DNA of 64,000 bases from assembly GCA_039815185.1 (NCBI GenBank), contig JBCBZT010000022.1, positions 59,792-123,791 of the forward strand, in the 5' to 3' direction. Positions 40,101-48,944 of this stretch are shown piece after piece (positions within the stretch are counted from its first letter, which is position 1; each line of letters begins with the position of its first letter). The position numbers and the translations under genes are program-made. The stretch comes from Cyanobacteria bacterium P01_A01_bin.123 (GTDB taxonomy: Bacteria; Cyanobacteriota; Cyanobacteriia; Phormidesmidales; Phormidesmidaceae). Below the pieces are notes generated by a model. It had not been told where the DNA came from. It searched no databases and was given only the letters and a program-made list of their open reading frames with translations.

Positions 40101-40311
40101 AGCCATTGCGCTTGAAGATTGCACCTTACTCAAATTAGAAAAGAGCCGCTTCCTCAGCCTGATTACCCAGCGTCCCCATATCATTTTAGAAATCTGTCGG
40201 TTCCTCAGCCAACGCCTTAGAGAAACCGACAAACATCATTCTGAGAAAGCATTAGCTATCTCAACCGGATCTTCTGAATCCGATAGTAGCAAAACCATTA
40301 CCCACAACTAA
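37138..40311 (+). CDS. MFS/NTT-like membrane domain + HEAT repeats + cyclic-nucleotide-binding domain protein
   Basis: About 12 hydrophobic segments in the first ~410 aa; HEAT repeats (DPMVRMAA, DPRVRQRAATAL); cNMP domain LKNVALF..IFAEGD..LYIIADGTV..FGEVALFDNAPR. Confidence 0.82.
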   Translation: MQLVKPQWTQILPDRLNQLLLLAATMLIYSVLGMAIGNSLFVSYVGAEHLPLAFLLIGLCSMPAYVLFSQVVDRYSRPQLFRYVLLGSIFVALGLRLLLLQEAPYAYYILLIAVFFQWDFHNNVLYPSLLTDYFTTQEYKRYAPYIGIAQAVGMLVGGGLTTLLSHYLRTRDLLLCLPIVFALGIAQLLLLESSQRQLTVTKSEPVVSVLESLQTFPELVKRYPLALFLASSSFLLVIIYISSEFLWFNIYGDYFSDQALTGFLGLMRIVISVVQMVVIYGVTRPLLKTVGVAQMNSVYPLTTLISFVGLMSHFGLPAAIGLHINGDAFYKAINLPVHQLNYNAIPREFIGRIRALSDGFIYAIGLTLAGVLLWVCETHLSLLQITWIVAGLAFLLMLVRIPMGRFYASGLEEMIRSNSINLDEFDAYPIPLSPQSGEAVRELLTDTDRYTQLKGLELAARMNQASEFLTEVEALVPGADIQVYEAAIALFANCPDLLNHFKQRLQAPALNAFALEVLLINQYIPSQRQVDTWLGSPQKALRVLGAIAQIITDPSSAPTWPVELDSITARIVTRVVAYSNNPTLPPLIPQVILTQSSSDIICAGLEVLLPLTQRADQTVATIAQAKLEHADPMVRMAAFDLLRATRCPEQLTAVSQGLGDADPRVRQRAATALAAYGRSGLALAKASLTASKVEVVNTAIIAIGLVRTKYASNLLFDYLAPSYKQLAQTRKWQQQIPTNDPRWQPLRVAIVDYHERLIQKVLYVLSALGYARTVNTVNRLLAINDQSELENAIEVLASLNHRRFVMPLMPLFEERSAPEPSASRIQATPQWLRTKGYRLLLEALESKDRWIKIGALIALSMVPSALVNDPDPFVKQVASQIFGAIDQSTLPTNTAMNRLLLLKNVALFKNLSLDELLLIDKSLEQTQVLASRTIFAEGDWGSHLYIIADGTVQLVKNIDGNLRKLKQLQQGQYFGEVALFDNAPRWDGAIALEDCTLLKLEKSRFLSLITQRPHIILEICRFLSQRLRETDKHHSEKALAISTGSSESDSSKTITHN

Positions 40312-40863
40312 ACGACCTCACCCAAAAGAGTCTGTTTTTTCTAGGTTCAGCCCATAGACAGCCGTAAGGTAGATGGAGGAAGCGGTTGTTGTTCAAGCTT
40401 GGTGCATTATTTACTGGTTCATCTGCACTATTGCATCAGCTCCCAAGGCTGGCACTTTTCTTGTGGGTAGCTACATGTGACTTGCATCAACAGAACCTGC
40501 TACTACAATCACCCCAAACCTGCAAAAGAATCACCTTACTTTAAAGCCTAAATCACTTTCTGGAAGGGGCTTTCAGCTCATAATATTAGCAATTTCCGGT
40601 TGTGCAGTAGAGAAATATGGGGAAATCTATCACATCCGCTCAGGCTCTTTTAGACAGATATTTTTAACCAAAAGCAAAGAAAGGCCAGAACCCTTTATAA
40701 ATTCAGATCCCACGCTTTACTGATTCATGACTTATAAAATGAGGCGTAGTAACATTATCGCTACTCAACTTCTCCTGGGGCAGACAATCTTTGACACTAA
40801 CGGTGGCGGCACGCCCAATTTTATCTCTATAAATATCTAGTATCCTCCCATAGGAACACAACG

Positions 40864-41901
40864 ATGAAAATTTCCTCTGTTGCCTATAGTGCTCCCTCAT
40901 GGAAAGTCAGTAATCAAGACCTACTCACTTTTATTGATAAAAGCAATCCTAAAGTATCGCCTTTAAAGAAGAAGCCCTATCTCAAAATAGTTGAAAAGCT
41001 GCTCAATCAAACAGGTGCTGTTTCTAGATACTGGCGAGATCCCAATATTAAGGAAAAAGCTTCAGATTTGATTCTATCAGCAATAGAGAAGTCGTTGACA
41101 CAAGCGAATCTAGTTGCTACAGATATTGATTTACTCATTTACTGCGGAGTGGGCCGAGGCTTTTTAGAACCGGCCAATGCTTACTTTTATGCAAATGCCA
41201 GTGGCATGCACACCGCGAATTGCTTTGATGTTACTGATGCCTGTATGAGCTGGATTCGCGCGGCCCAAATCGCACAGCTAATGATGAATTCAGGCGCTTT
41301 TAAGCGGGTTATGATCATCAATGGTGAATTTCACTTAGGCTTTCATGACAATTGGGATATTAGAGATATTCGTACCCTAGAGTATTCGTTTCCGATGTAC
41401 ACCATTGGTGAAGCGGCGACAGCCACAATCTTAGAGCCTGGAGGAGACGACTGGACCTTTGCGTATTCTTCTAAACCTGAGTTTTCAGATTTGTGCACGA
41501 TTCCATTGCCGAGTCATAAAAACTTTGTTGAACCCAGTGACAAAATTAGCCACAACGGCATCTATCGCTTTGTTTCCTATGGCAGAGAGCTGTTTCAGCA
41601 GGGGGTTATTTGTTTGGGTGAGTTAGTTCAGGACACCATCAAAGATGCTAAACAGAATGTTCTTTATTTTCCCCATGCACCCTCTAAAAAAGTCTATGAG
41701 GAAGAAATGCCAAAATATGGAATTCCTGCCGAAAAAATCTACTTAGAGGTTTACCCTGAGTTTGGTAATTTGGTTTCTGCAAGTATCCCGGTTGGACTGA
41801 GTAGAGCCGCCAAAGCTGGTCAGATAAAGCGAGGCGATCCTATTGCGTTAATTCCGGCAAGTGCTGGGCTTGTTTCATCGGTGGTACAGCTTATCTTTTA
41901 A
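40864..41901 (+). CDS. OleA-like / KAS III-family condensing thiolase
   Basis: GRGFLEPANA (Glu motif like OleA YLEPSTA), FDVTDAC (catalytic Cys), FPH (His), GNLVSASIP (Asn). Confidence 0.85.
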   Translation: MKISSVAYSAPSWKVSNQDLLTFIDKSNPKVSPLKKKPYLKIVEKLLNQTGAVSRYWRDPNIKEKASDLILSAIEKSLTQANLVATDIDLLIYCGVGRGFLEPANAYFYANASGMHTANCFDVTDACMSWIRAAQIAQLMMNSGAFKRVMIINGEFHLGFHDNWDIRDIRTLEYSFPMYTIGEAATATILEPGGDDWTFAYSSKPEFSDLCTIPLPSHKNFVEPSDKISHNGIYRFVSYGRELFQQGVICLGELVQDTIKDAKQNVLYFPHAPSKKVYEEEMPKYGIPAEKIYLEVYPEFGNLVSASIPVGLSRAAKAGQIKRGDPIALIPASAGLVSSVVQLIF

Positions 41902-41940
41902 GAATTCTATTTTCATTTTCTCTATTTTGGGCGAACTGCA

Positions 41941-43050
41941 ATGCCGATTCAGACTCAACCCCGACGAGTTTTCTTGACTAGCCTTGGGTTCACCATTGCA
42001 TATATGGTTCCGGCCGTCCCTCTCATCAGCATTTGGGTGGGTCAGATAGTGGGGCATCCTAATGTTTTTGCTGCTTTGCCGCTGGCGATCGCCTATATTC
42101 TAGTGCCTATTGTTGAAGGTATTTGGCCCTATGGTATTCAGCCCATGCCAACTGAGAAATGGAATGTGACCAGCTGGCAGTTCTATTATCGAGCCTTGCT
42201 TTGGCTGAGTTTCCCGATTCAGTTGGGTATGCTGTGCATCGCTCTGCATTTTTGGTCTTTGGGTTTGCTCAATGCTTGGGGTAGCCTCGCCTATATCCTC
42301 TCGGTTGGTATCTTTAGCGGCATGTTTGCTATCACCATTGGGCATGAGCTTATTCATCACTCCCAGCCTGTTGATTGCGCTTTGGGAGGTGTTTTACTGT
42401 CAACGGTTTGTTTTGGAACCTTCAAAATTGCCCATCTCCGCATTCACCATCGGTATGTGTGTACCCCTGATGATTTTGCGACGGCTAAAAAAGGCCAGAG
42501 CATTTATCACTTTTGGTGGATCAATAGGGTCGCCAATATAACGGAGGCACTCCGTTGTGAGCGGGAGGATTTGGCTAAACAGGGGAGACAATTCTGGCAA
42601 AGTGAACTGTTGCTATGGACGGTATTGAGTTTGCTTTGGTTTGCGATCGCCATTCGATTGGGCGGTTGGTGGGGTGGATTGTTCTTTGGCCTGCAATCAT
42701 TCATTGCCATTCTTAAGCTGGACTGGACCAATTATCTGCAACATTATGGTCTTACCCGAAAGCTAGATGCTAAGGGAAAGTATGAGCCTGTTCAGCATCA
42801 CCATGCTTGGTCTGTCGGCCTTTTTATTCATGATTTGGCGATTTTTAATTTATTGCGCCACGGTGATCATCATGTCAATCCTCAGCGGCCTTATCCGTTT
42901 CTAGAGCACGACAACCGCACCCGTGAGTATCCCTATAACTATTCGGTAATGTATCTTCTTTCTCTCTTACCCGGTGTGTTTGAAAACGTTGTGCATCCCT
43001 ATTTAAACAAACCAGAAACCTTAGCCCAGCCCCTTCAAGAGGCTGCCTAA
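41941..43050 (+). CDS. AlkB-like membrane di-iron monooxygenase/desaturase
   Basis: His boxes GHELIH, AHLRIHH, NYLQHYGL (HYG motif), LLRHGDHH; also TPDDFATA and YEPVQHHHAW. Confidence 0.87.
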   Translation: MPIQTQPRRVFLTSLGFTIAYMVPAVPLISIWVGQIVGHPNVFAALPLAIAYILVPIVEGIWPYGIQPMPTEKWNVTSWQFYYRALLWLSFPIQLGMLCIALHFWSLGLLNAWGSLAYILSVGIFSGMFAITIGHELIHHSQPVDCALGGVLLSTVCFGTFKIAHLRIHHRYVCTPDDFATAKKGQSIYHFWWINRVANITEALRCEREDLAKQGRQFWQSELLLWTVLSLLWFAIAIRLGGWWGGLFFGLQSFIAILKLDWTNYLQHYGLTRKLDAKGKYEPVQHHHAWSVGLFIHDLAIFNLLRHGDHHVNPQRPYPFLEHDNRTREYPYNYSVMYLLSLLPGVFENVVHPYLNKPETLAQPLQEAA

Positions 43051-43053
43051 ACG

Positions 43054-43827
43054 ATGATTATTCTGATTACAGGGGCATCTTCAGGCATTGGCCGCAAGCT
43101 GGTGTTGCATTATCTTAAGCAGGAGCATACCGTCGTTGCCATAGCCCGCAGAGAACACAAGCTAAAGGATCTGCGGCAAGCGGTTTCCAATCCTGACAAG
43201 CTCAAGCTGTTTCCTGCAGATGTGACCGACAAAGCTCAGATGCAAGCCGCGATCGCAACAATTGAAGAAACCGTGGGACCGTTAGACTTAGTCATCGCCA
43301 ATGCTGGCGTCACGACCCAACACCTAACCCCCCAGCTGGATTTGGTCGCGTTCGAGCAGCTGATGAATACCAATGTTATGGGTTCTCTTTATACGCTGGT
43401 GCCCGCAACGCAGGCCATGATGCCGCGAGGTCACGGTCAGGTGGTGGCAATTTCTAGCTTAGCGGCCTTTCATGCCTTTCCCCGCATCAGCACCTACTGC
43501 GCGACCAAAGCCGCACTCAATGCTCAAATTTCAGGCCTTTACTGGAGCCTTAAGCCCTATGGCATCCAGGTCACCACCATTTGCCCAGGGTTTGTTGAAA
43601 CAGAAATGACCCTGGGGCAGCAAGTGCCTAAAGTGTGGTGCTTAAAAGCCGATAAAGCGGTTGAGAAAATTGTGCGTGCGATCGCGCAAAAACGCCGACT
43701 CTATCGATTTCCCTTTTGGCAATCGCAGCTGGTCGGGCTCCTTAACCTCCTGCCGCCAGCCCTCAATGGTTACCTCTATCGCACGGCTATTGAAAAAGCC
43801 TTCCCTCGCCCTGTCTTTTCAAAATAG
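43054..43827 (+). CDS. Short-chain dehydrogenase/reductase
   Basis: TGASSGIG, ANAG, ISS, YCATK, ICPGFVET; starts 3 bp after the AlkB-like stop. Confidence 0.92.
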   Translation: MIILITGASSGIGRKLVLHYLKQEHTVVAIARREHKLKDLRQAVSNPDKLKLFPADVTDKAQMQAAIATIEETVGPLDLVIANAGVTTQHLTPQLDLVAFEQLMNTNVMGSLYTLVPATQAMMPRGHGQVVAISSLAAFHAFPRISTYCATKAALNAQISGLYWSLKPYGIQVTTICPGFVETEMTLGQQVPKVWCLKADKAVEKIVRAIAQKRRLYRFPFWQSQLVGLLNLLPPALNGYLYRTAIEKAFPRPVFSK

Positions 43828-43873
43828 AGACTTTTTTGGAACCGCCTTACTCTCCCCTGAGCCCCCTCATACC

Positions 43874-45010
43874 ATGACTTCAGTTGTTGAGCCTACACAA
43901 CCTCTTCTTAATCTGGGTTATCAGCTTGGCCTAATTGGCTTTACTCGTCTGAGTAACATCATCCGGCTGAGCCACTATGCCATTGGGATGCATCCCCGCT
44001 ATCTGTTGCGCCTGCTGTTGGTGGTGAGCTCTAGTGTGGTGAGCCTGCCCCTGCGGCTGGCTGAAAAGATCTTCTATGGTCGCAAAATCACTCAAACCCA
44101 GATTGAAAATCCGCCTATTTTTATCATTGGTCACTGGCGCAGCGGCACCACCTATTTGCACAATCTTATGACTCAAGACCCTCACTTTGGTTACTTGTCC
44201 ATGTACCAAGCCGTGGTTCCTGACTGCTCACTGATTGGCCACAACTGGCTGCGGCAACTGCTTGCGAAAATTATGCCGATTAAACGGCCCATGGACAATG
44301 TGCTCTGGCCGATGGAAGGGCCACAGGAAGACGAAGTAGCCCTGGCAAAAGTCATGGCGACTGGTTTCTACACCCAATTTCTTTTTCCGAGTAAAGCCCG
44401 CCATTTGTTTCGTAAGTTTGTGCTGATGGAAGGGGCTTCGGCTAAAGATGCTGATGAATTTAAACGCAGCTATCTACAACTGATGAAAGTCGCCACGATT
44501 AAAGCCGATGGTAAACCGCTCATCCTCAAGAACCCTGTGAATACAGCGCGAATCCGGTTGCTATTAGAACTCTTTCCCGATGCCAAGTTTGTCCATATTC
44601 ACCGCTCGCCCTATGACGTATTTAAATCGGCTAGCTACTTACACCAGAAACTATCCGTGTTGACAACGCTGCAAACCATCGATGCTCAGCGAGCCGATGA
44701 AACCGTACTTATTCTCTATGAAGAGATGATGCAGAGATATCTTCAAGATCGCACACTGATTCCGGCTGGGAATTTGGTTGAAGTGCGCTACGAAGACCTA
44801 GAGAGTCGTCCTATGGATATTATCCAGCGAATCTACAGCGAGCTCGATTTGCCCAGCTTTGAAGAGAATATTCCTATCTTTGAGGCTTTTTTAGAAGCTC
44901 AAAAGTCTTATCAAAAAAATAACTTTAGCCTATCTGCTGAAGCCAAACAAAAAGTCGAACAGCATTGGGGCTTTGCGTTGTCTGAATTTGGCTATTCTCT
45001 ACCCGTTTGA
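43874..45010 (+). CDS. PAPS-dependent sulfotransferase (Sulfotransfer_3, Stf3-like)
   Basis: PPIFIIGHWRSGTTYLHNL (5'-PSB loop), LKNP, FVHIHRSPYDVFKS (3'-PB), VRYEDL; ATG 43874 preferred. Confidence 0.9.
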   Translation: MTSVVEPTQPLLNLGYQLGLIGFTRLSNIIRLSHYAIGMHPRYLLRLLLVVSSSVVSLPLRLAEKIFYGRKITQTQIENPPIFIIGHWRSGTTYLHNLMTQDPHFGYLSMYQAVVPDCSLIGHNWLRQLLAKIMPIKRPMDNVLWPMEGPQEDEVALAKVMATGFYTQFLFPSKARHLFRKFVLMEGASAKDADEFKRSYLQLMKVATIKADGKPLILKNPVNTARIRLLLELFPDAKFVHIHRSPYDVFKSASYLHQKLSVLTTLQTIDAQRADETVLILYEEMMQRYLQDRTLIPAGNLVEVRYEDLESRPMDIIQRIYSELDLPSFEENIPIFEAFLEAQKSYQKNNFSLSAEAKQKVEQHWGFALSEFGYSLPV

Positions 45011-45025
45011 CCTGAGAATGGATTC

Positions 45026-45283
45026 ATGGGGCCATTCACGCTGATGTCTAGCGCCGAGGCTGCAGATCTGCTGGCTGATCTCGAGCAAACCCTGGCTCAA
45101 GAATCTACGGTTTATCCTCATTCTCAGGGAGCTTACGTGATTGAAGCGACGGATCAAAAAGTTTCGACAACCGTCGGCCGTAGCAATTACGAAACTAGCT
45201 ATTGGGCGATGAATTATCGCGATCGCCATTTAGACTCGCTGGCTGTGCTGGACTTATTTCAACATCTTGCACTCACTGTTTGA
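45026..45283 (+). CDS. Small hypothetical protein or gene fragment inside the lipid cluster
   Basis: 85-aa co-oriented ORF filling the gap between the sulfotransferase and desaturase; no motif recognised. Confidence 0.4.
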   Translation: MGPFTLMSSAEAADLLADLEQTLAQESTVYPHSQGAYVIEATDQKVSTTVGRSNYETSYWAMNYRDRHLDSLAVLDLFQHLALTV

Positions 45284-45355
45284 GACAGGTCACTTTATTC
45301 CGATTGAAACCCCTGAGTTGTTTACTGCTCACTTAGCTAAAGCCTTGAAGACGCC

Positions 45356-46393
45356 ATGACTGCTCAATCAACAACGCACGTAACATCCTTACCCAAGACT
45401 GGCGAAGATGACTATGCAGGTAATCTAACGATTGGGCTGCCCGTTAACGTTCTGCAAGAATTGGCGAAAGTCAATGTGATCACAGCGGTGGTTGCGATCG
45501 CCTCAGAATGGCTCGCAATTTTTGGCGCGATCGCCCTCTGCCATTTTTTCTGGCATCCGCTGCTGTACCTTGTTATCGTCATGTTCATCGGTGGTCGGCA
45601 GCACGCCCTAGCCGTGTTACAACACGAGGCAGCTCACTACCACTTGCTTCCCAATCGATACTGGAATGATGGGGTAGCAGAACTGCTGCTGGCATGGCCA
45701 ATTTTGTTATCCAATCAAAATTTTCGCTCGTATCACTTTCCCCATCATCGTTATATAGGGACTGAAAAAGATGGGAATCGAGCCCAATATGGAACCCATA
45801 CTCCCGCAGGTGAACTACGACCTACTTGGTCCTTTCCTAAAGCAAAAAAGCAGTTTGCAATTTGGCTCATCATTCGCCTTTTTGGCATTGGTGGCCTTGT
45901 TTACATCCTGCGTTCTTTCCGTCGCCTCCTGACCCAGGGCTCTGTGAGCTATCGATTAGCAAATCTATTTTACTATGTCGGCATTTTGAGCCTCATTCTT
46001 TGGCTCCAGGGCGGGCAATTATTGCTGCTGTACTGGTTTGTTCCTTTGTGCACCTGGTTTATTTTTACTAATATCCTACGTATTGCTGGAGAGCATAGTG
46101 CCATCGCAACCTCTGATGCGCTTGAAACATCCCATGGATTTTATGGCCTCACCCGCACAACGCTACCCTCCTGGTTCGATCGGATCTTTGTTGTTCCTCG
46201 GCATATCTGCTACCACCTAGAGCACCATCTCTATCCCCATGTTCCCTTTTATCGTCTTCCAGATCTGCACAATCAACTCATGAACCTTGAACACTTCCAA
46301 AAACAGGCTTGTGTAACCCAGACCTATTGGCACACCTTGCAAGAATTGATTGTCTATAAATTTGTCTGGAAAATCCCTTTGAGCAAATCTTGA
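45356..46393 (+). CDS. Membrane fatty-acid desaturase family protein
   Basis: His boxes QHEAAH, YHFPHH, GEH, YHLEHHLYP. Confidence 0.9.
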   Translation: MTAQSTTHVTSLPKTGEDDYAGNLTIGLPVNVLQELAKVNVITAVVAIASEWLAIFGAIALCHFFWHPLLYLVIVMFIGGRQHALAVLQHEAAHYHLLPNRYWNDGVAELLLAWPILLSNQNFRSYHFPHHRYIGTEKDGNRAQYGTHTPAGELRPTWSFPKAKKQFAIWLIIRLFGIGGLVYILRSFRRLLTQGSVSYRLANLFYYVGILSLILWLQGGQLLLLYWFVPLCTWFIFTNILRIAGEHSAIATSDALETSHGFYGLTRTTLPSWFDRIFVVPRHICYHLEHHLYPHVPFYRLPDLHNQLMNLEHFQKQACVTQTYWHTLQELIVYKFVWKIPLSKS

Positions 46394-48099
46394 ACGTTTT
46401 CAGGATTACCTTCTTTCACCGTTGATTCGCGCAGTTGGGCAATTTCTTGTAGTTCTGCTTCATTCACATCACCATAGGCAATCGGATAAATCCGAATGTC
46501 GCTGTATTCCAAAATGCCTCGGACGTCTGTAAAGTTGTAGCCGCGATTGGCCTCACCGTCGGTTAGCAACATTAAATAAAATCGCCCATCGGGGTCAGCC
46601 TGGCGTTTTTGCATCAGTTCATTCAGCCCAATCATGACCGCGTCGTACATCGCCGTACTGCCATCTGCCCTTAAGGAATCAATAGCAGCTAACAAACGCT
46701 GGTGCTGGAGTTGATCAAAGCTGGCTAAAGGGACAAGATACTGGGGGCGATCGCCGAAAGTCACCAACCCCACCTGGTTGCCCGCATTAATCACCGAACT
46801 GGCCACCTGTAGTCCTGTTTTCACCGCCTCTAGGGGTTGCCCGTCCATGGAACCACTGGTATCCACCACGGTCATCAGATACACCGTGCGACCCCCGTCT
46901 TTGCGTTCTTTCCAATACGACTGGGCGGCGGTGAGTACCTCACCAGTCGGTACCGGCGGGAGGTCGGCTTGGCTGAGATAGGCTGTCGGTTCAAATCCCT
47001 GGCCAGTAGCCAGTTGCTGCATCGGATCAGAGGTGGCAAATTCCCCAAACTGTTGCAGGGCCGCAGTGGTTTCGCTGTCGTTCCAGTCAAATCCGATCAG
47101 GGGATTATTGTGGGGAATGCCAAAAGGGACAAACTGCACGCTCTCAAACCCCGCAATTTGCTTCAGGTTGAGGTAGTTTTGATATTCCAACGGGAAACCT
47201 TGCAGCTTATCTGGATCACGGATAAAAACGTCTTGCAAATCCAGGGTTGTCGTGGTGGTAATCAACACTTGGTCTTGAAAGGTGCTGAAGACCGAGTTCA
47301 CCTGGGGCAATTCTAAATCGGCAGCGGTCAACGCTTGGCCAGCTTCCTGTTGACCAGATGCCCGCCAAAATAAGTGATAGAGCAGGTTCAGCGAGGTGGA
47401 ACTGGTGTAAGGGTTCGGATAGCCTACGCTCAATTGGCCTGAAAGCACCCCATCCAGAATCTGTTCAAAGCTGACCTCACCGCCGCTTGCTAACTGCTGG
47501 TAAGCCACATCTTGGAGCACAAAGCCGGCTGTGTTGGGTACCAGACGCGGGACAACAACCGAAGGCGTGACGCCTTCAGATTTGAGCAGCTCTACCCATA
47601 AATCATTAGAGGGTGAATAGCCTGCGGGCTGTACCTGCCCGGCTGCAATCAGCCGCGCTGCCGTGCCGGAAGGAATTTTGCGGATGCCGACCTGAACAGT
47701 TTGGCCACTCGCTGTGGTGATGCCCTGCTGATTAAAGGCGTCGGCCACTTCAACGAGCCAGCGTTCATTTTGCTTGTCGGCATTGGCTTTTTCTGAAGAA
47801 CTGTAGATTTCTAAGTAGAGACTGTTGCCTGCGGCTATAGGGGATGCCCCGTAGACCGGAAAATCTTCAATATTGGGTAGGGGTTCAGTAATGGAGTCGG
47901 TGGTGTAGCGGCTGGCGATTTCGTCGCCGATGAAGTTTTCGTCTAGGTCAATATTGGGTACGACGCGATCGCGTAGCAGCGCCTCGGCACTTTCTAGAGA
48001 GTCTACATTAGGCACCCCCCCGCCAAAGCAACCCCAGGCAAGGCTGGCGCATAGCCCTAACACAAACCCCAATCGAACCCAAGAAAAAAGTTTTCGCAT
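46354..48099 (-). CDS. Lipoprotein with solute-binding-like domain and C-terminal VWA domain
   Basis: Lipobox-like AWGC; MIDAS DTSGSM, T in GSTAMYDA, LLTDGE. 3' end overlaps the desaturase by 40 bp. Confidence 0.85.
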   Translation of the reverse strand: MRKLFSWVRLGFVLGLCASLAWGCFGGGVPNVDSLESAEALLRDRVVPNIDLDENFIGDEIASRYTTDSITEPLPNIEDFPVYGASPIAAGNSLYLEIYSSSEKANADKQNERWLVEVADAFNQQGITTASGQTVQVGIRKIPSGTAARLIAAGQVQPAGYSPSNDLWVELLKSEGVTPSVVVPRLVPNTAGFVLQDVAYQQLASGGEVSFEQILDGVLSGQLSVGYPNPYTSSTSLNLLYHLFWRASGQQEAGQALTAADLELPQVNSVFSTFQDQVLITTTTTLDLQDVFIRDPDKLQGFPLEYQNYLNLKQIAGFESVQFVPFGIPHNNPLIGFDWNDSETTAALQQFGEFATSDPMQQLATGQGFEPTAYLSQADLPPVPTGEVLTAAQSYWKERKDGGRTVYLMTVVDTSGSMDGQPLEAVKTGLQVASSVINAGNQVGLVTFGDRPQYLVPLASFDQLQHQRLLAAIDSLRADGSTAMYDAVMIGLNELMQKRQADPDGRFYLMLLTDGEANRGYNFTDVRGILEYSDIRIYPIAYGDVNEAELQEIAQLRESTVKEGNPENVQDLLKGIFQTNL

Positions 48100-48136
48100 C
48101 TCAATCCGTCACGGTTATTGAATAGTGCAGTTGTTA

Positions 48137-48796
48137 TCAGGATGGTGGCTCTTCTGGCGGGTGCAGTGCCGTTTTGTTGGCATCAATCAATACCTGTAGT
48201 CGGTTGGGTAAACTGCCGTTGTCTGCACTGGCCTCCTGCGTTAGCTGAGACAGCACCACTTGATCGCGTAACTGCTGAAGCTGGTTGTGGGTATCCCGCA
48301 GGCGATCGCGGCTTTCGCTTAAATGCTGCTGGGTGAGGCTGCGGTAGGTATCGGTTTGCACCTGGGTCAGGGCTTCATAGCCACTAGCCACCTGATCAGT
48401 GAGGGCTTCAACGGTTACAAGGGTTTCCACCAAGTCAGGCATCAGCATCGGATCACGCGCTGCAATTTGGGTGGCAGCCCCGTGGCTGGCTTCGGCCCAT
48501 TGATAAGCTTCACGCCATTCGGGGGAATTTCCGGCTTTGATGGCCTTGGTCGCGATCGCGTCGAGTCGAGTCAAAAATAAATCTCGATCCAACACATTTC
48601 CGGTTGTGGGCACCTGTGCTCGCCGAAATTGCCAAAACCAACCGACCACCATGGTCACGGCAATCACACCACCTATTAAAAATGAAATTGGCTTAAACCC
48701 CGTAAACACTAGTAGTGTCAGGTATCCCAACCCGGCACCCACCAGCAAAAAATAGGTTTGTGAATAGCGAAACGCCCTACGCCAAAGAATCGTCAT
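48137..48796 (-). CDS. Two-TM helical hypothetical protein, partner of the VWA lipoprotein
   Basis: Two N-terminal hydrophobic helices plus coiled-coil; 37 bp upstream of the VWA gene. Confidence 0.7.
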   Translation of the reverse strand: MTILWRRAFRYSQTYFLLVGAGLGYLTLLVFTGFKPISFLIGGVIAVTMVVGWFWQFRRAQVPTTGNVLDRDLFLTRLDAIATKAIKAGNSPEWREAYQWAEASHGAATQIAARDPMLMPDLVETLVTVEALTDQVASGYEALTQVQTDTYRSLTQQHLSESRDRLRDTHNQLQQLRDQVVLSQLTQEASADNGSLPNRLQVLIDANKTALHPPEEPPS

Positions 48797-48944
48797 TCCG
48801 GTGTGAAGCCAGAGGAATCAGCACATCTAGTATTAACTGTAACGGGGGCAGCCCTAGCTAAATCTTAAGAACAGTTTTCTCTAAATGACCATAGCAACTC
48901 AAAGCGTCCCATAAAATTGAGATAGCCTGCACCTGACTTTTACC

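Noticed and set aside
40864..46393. Calling the cluster a canonical oleABCD or alkane-degradation (alkBGT) operon
   Set aside because: No OleB hydrolase, OleC ligase, OleD-type extended reductase, rubredoxin or rubredoxin reductase is present in the window.
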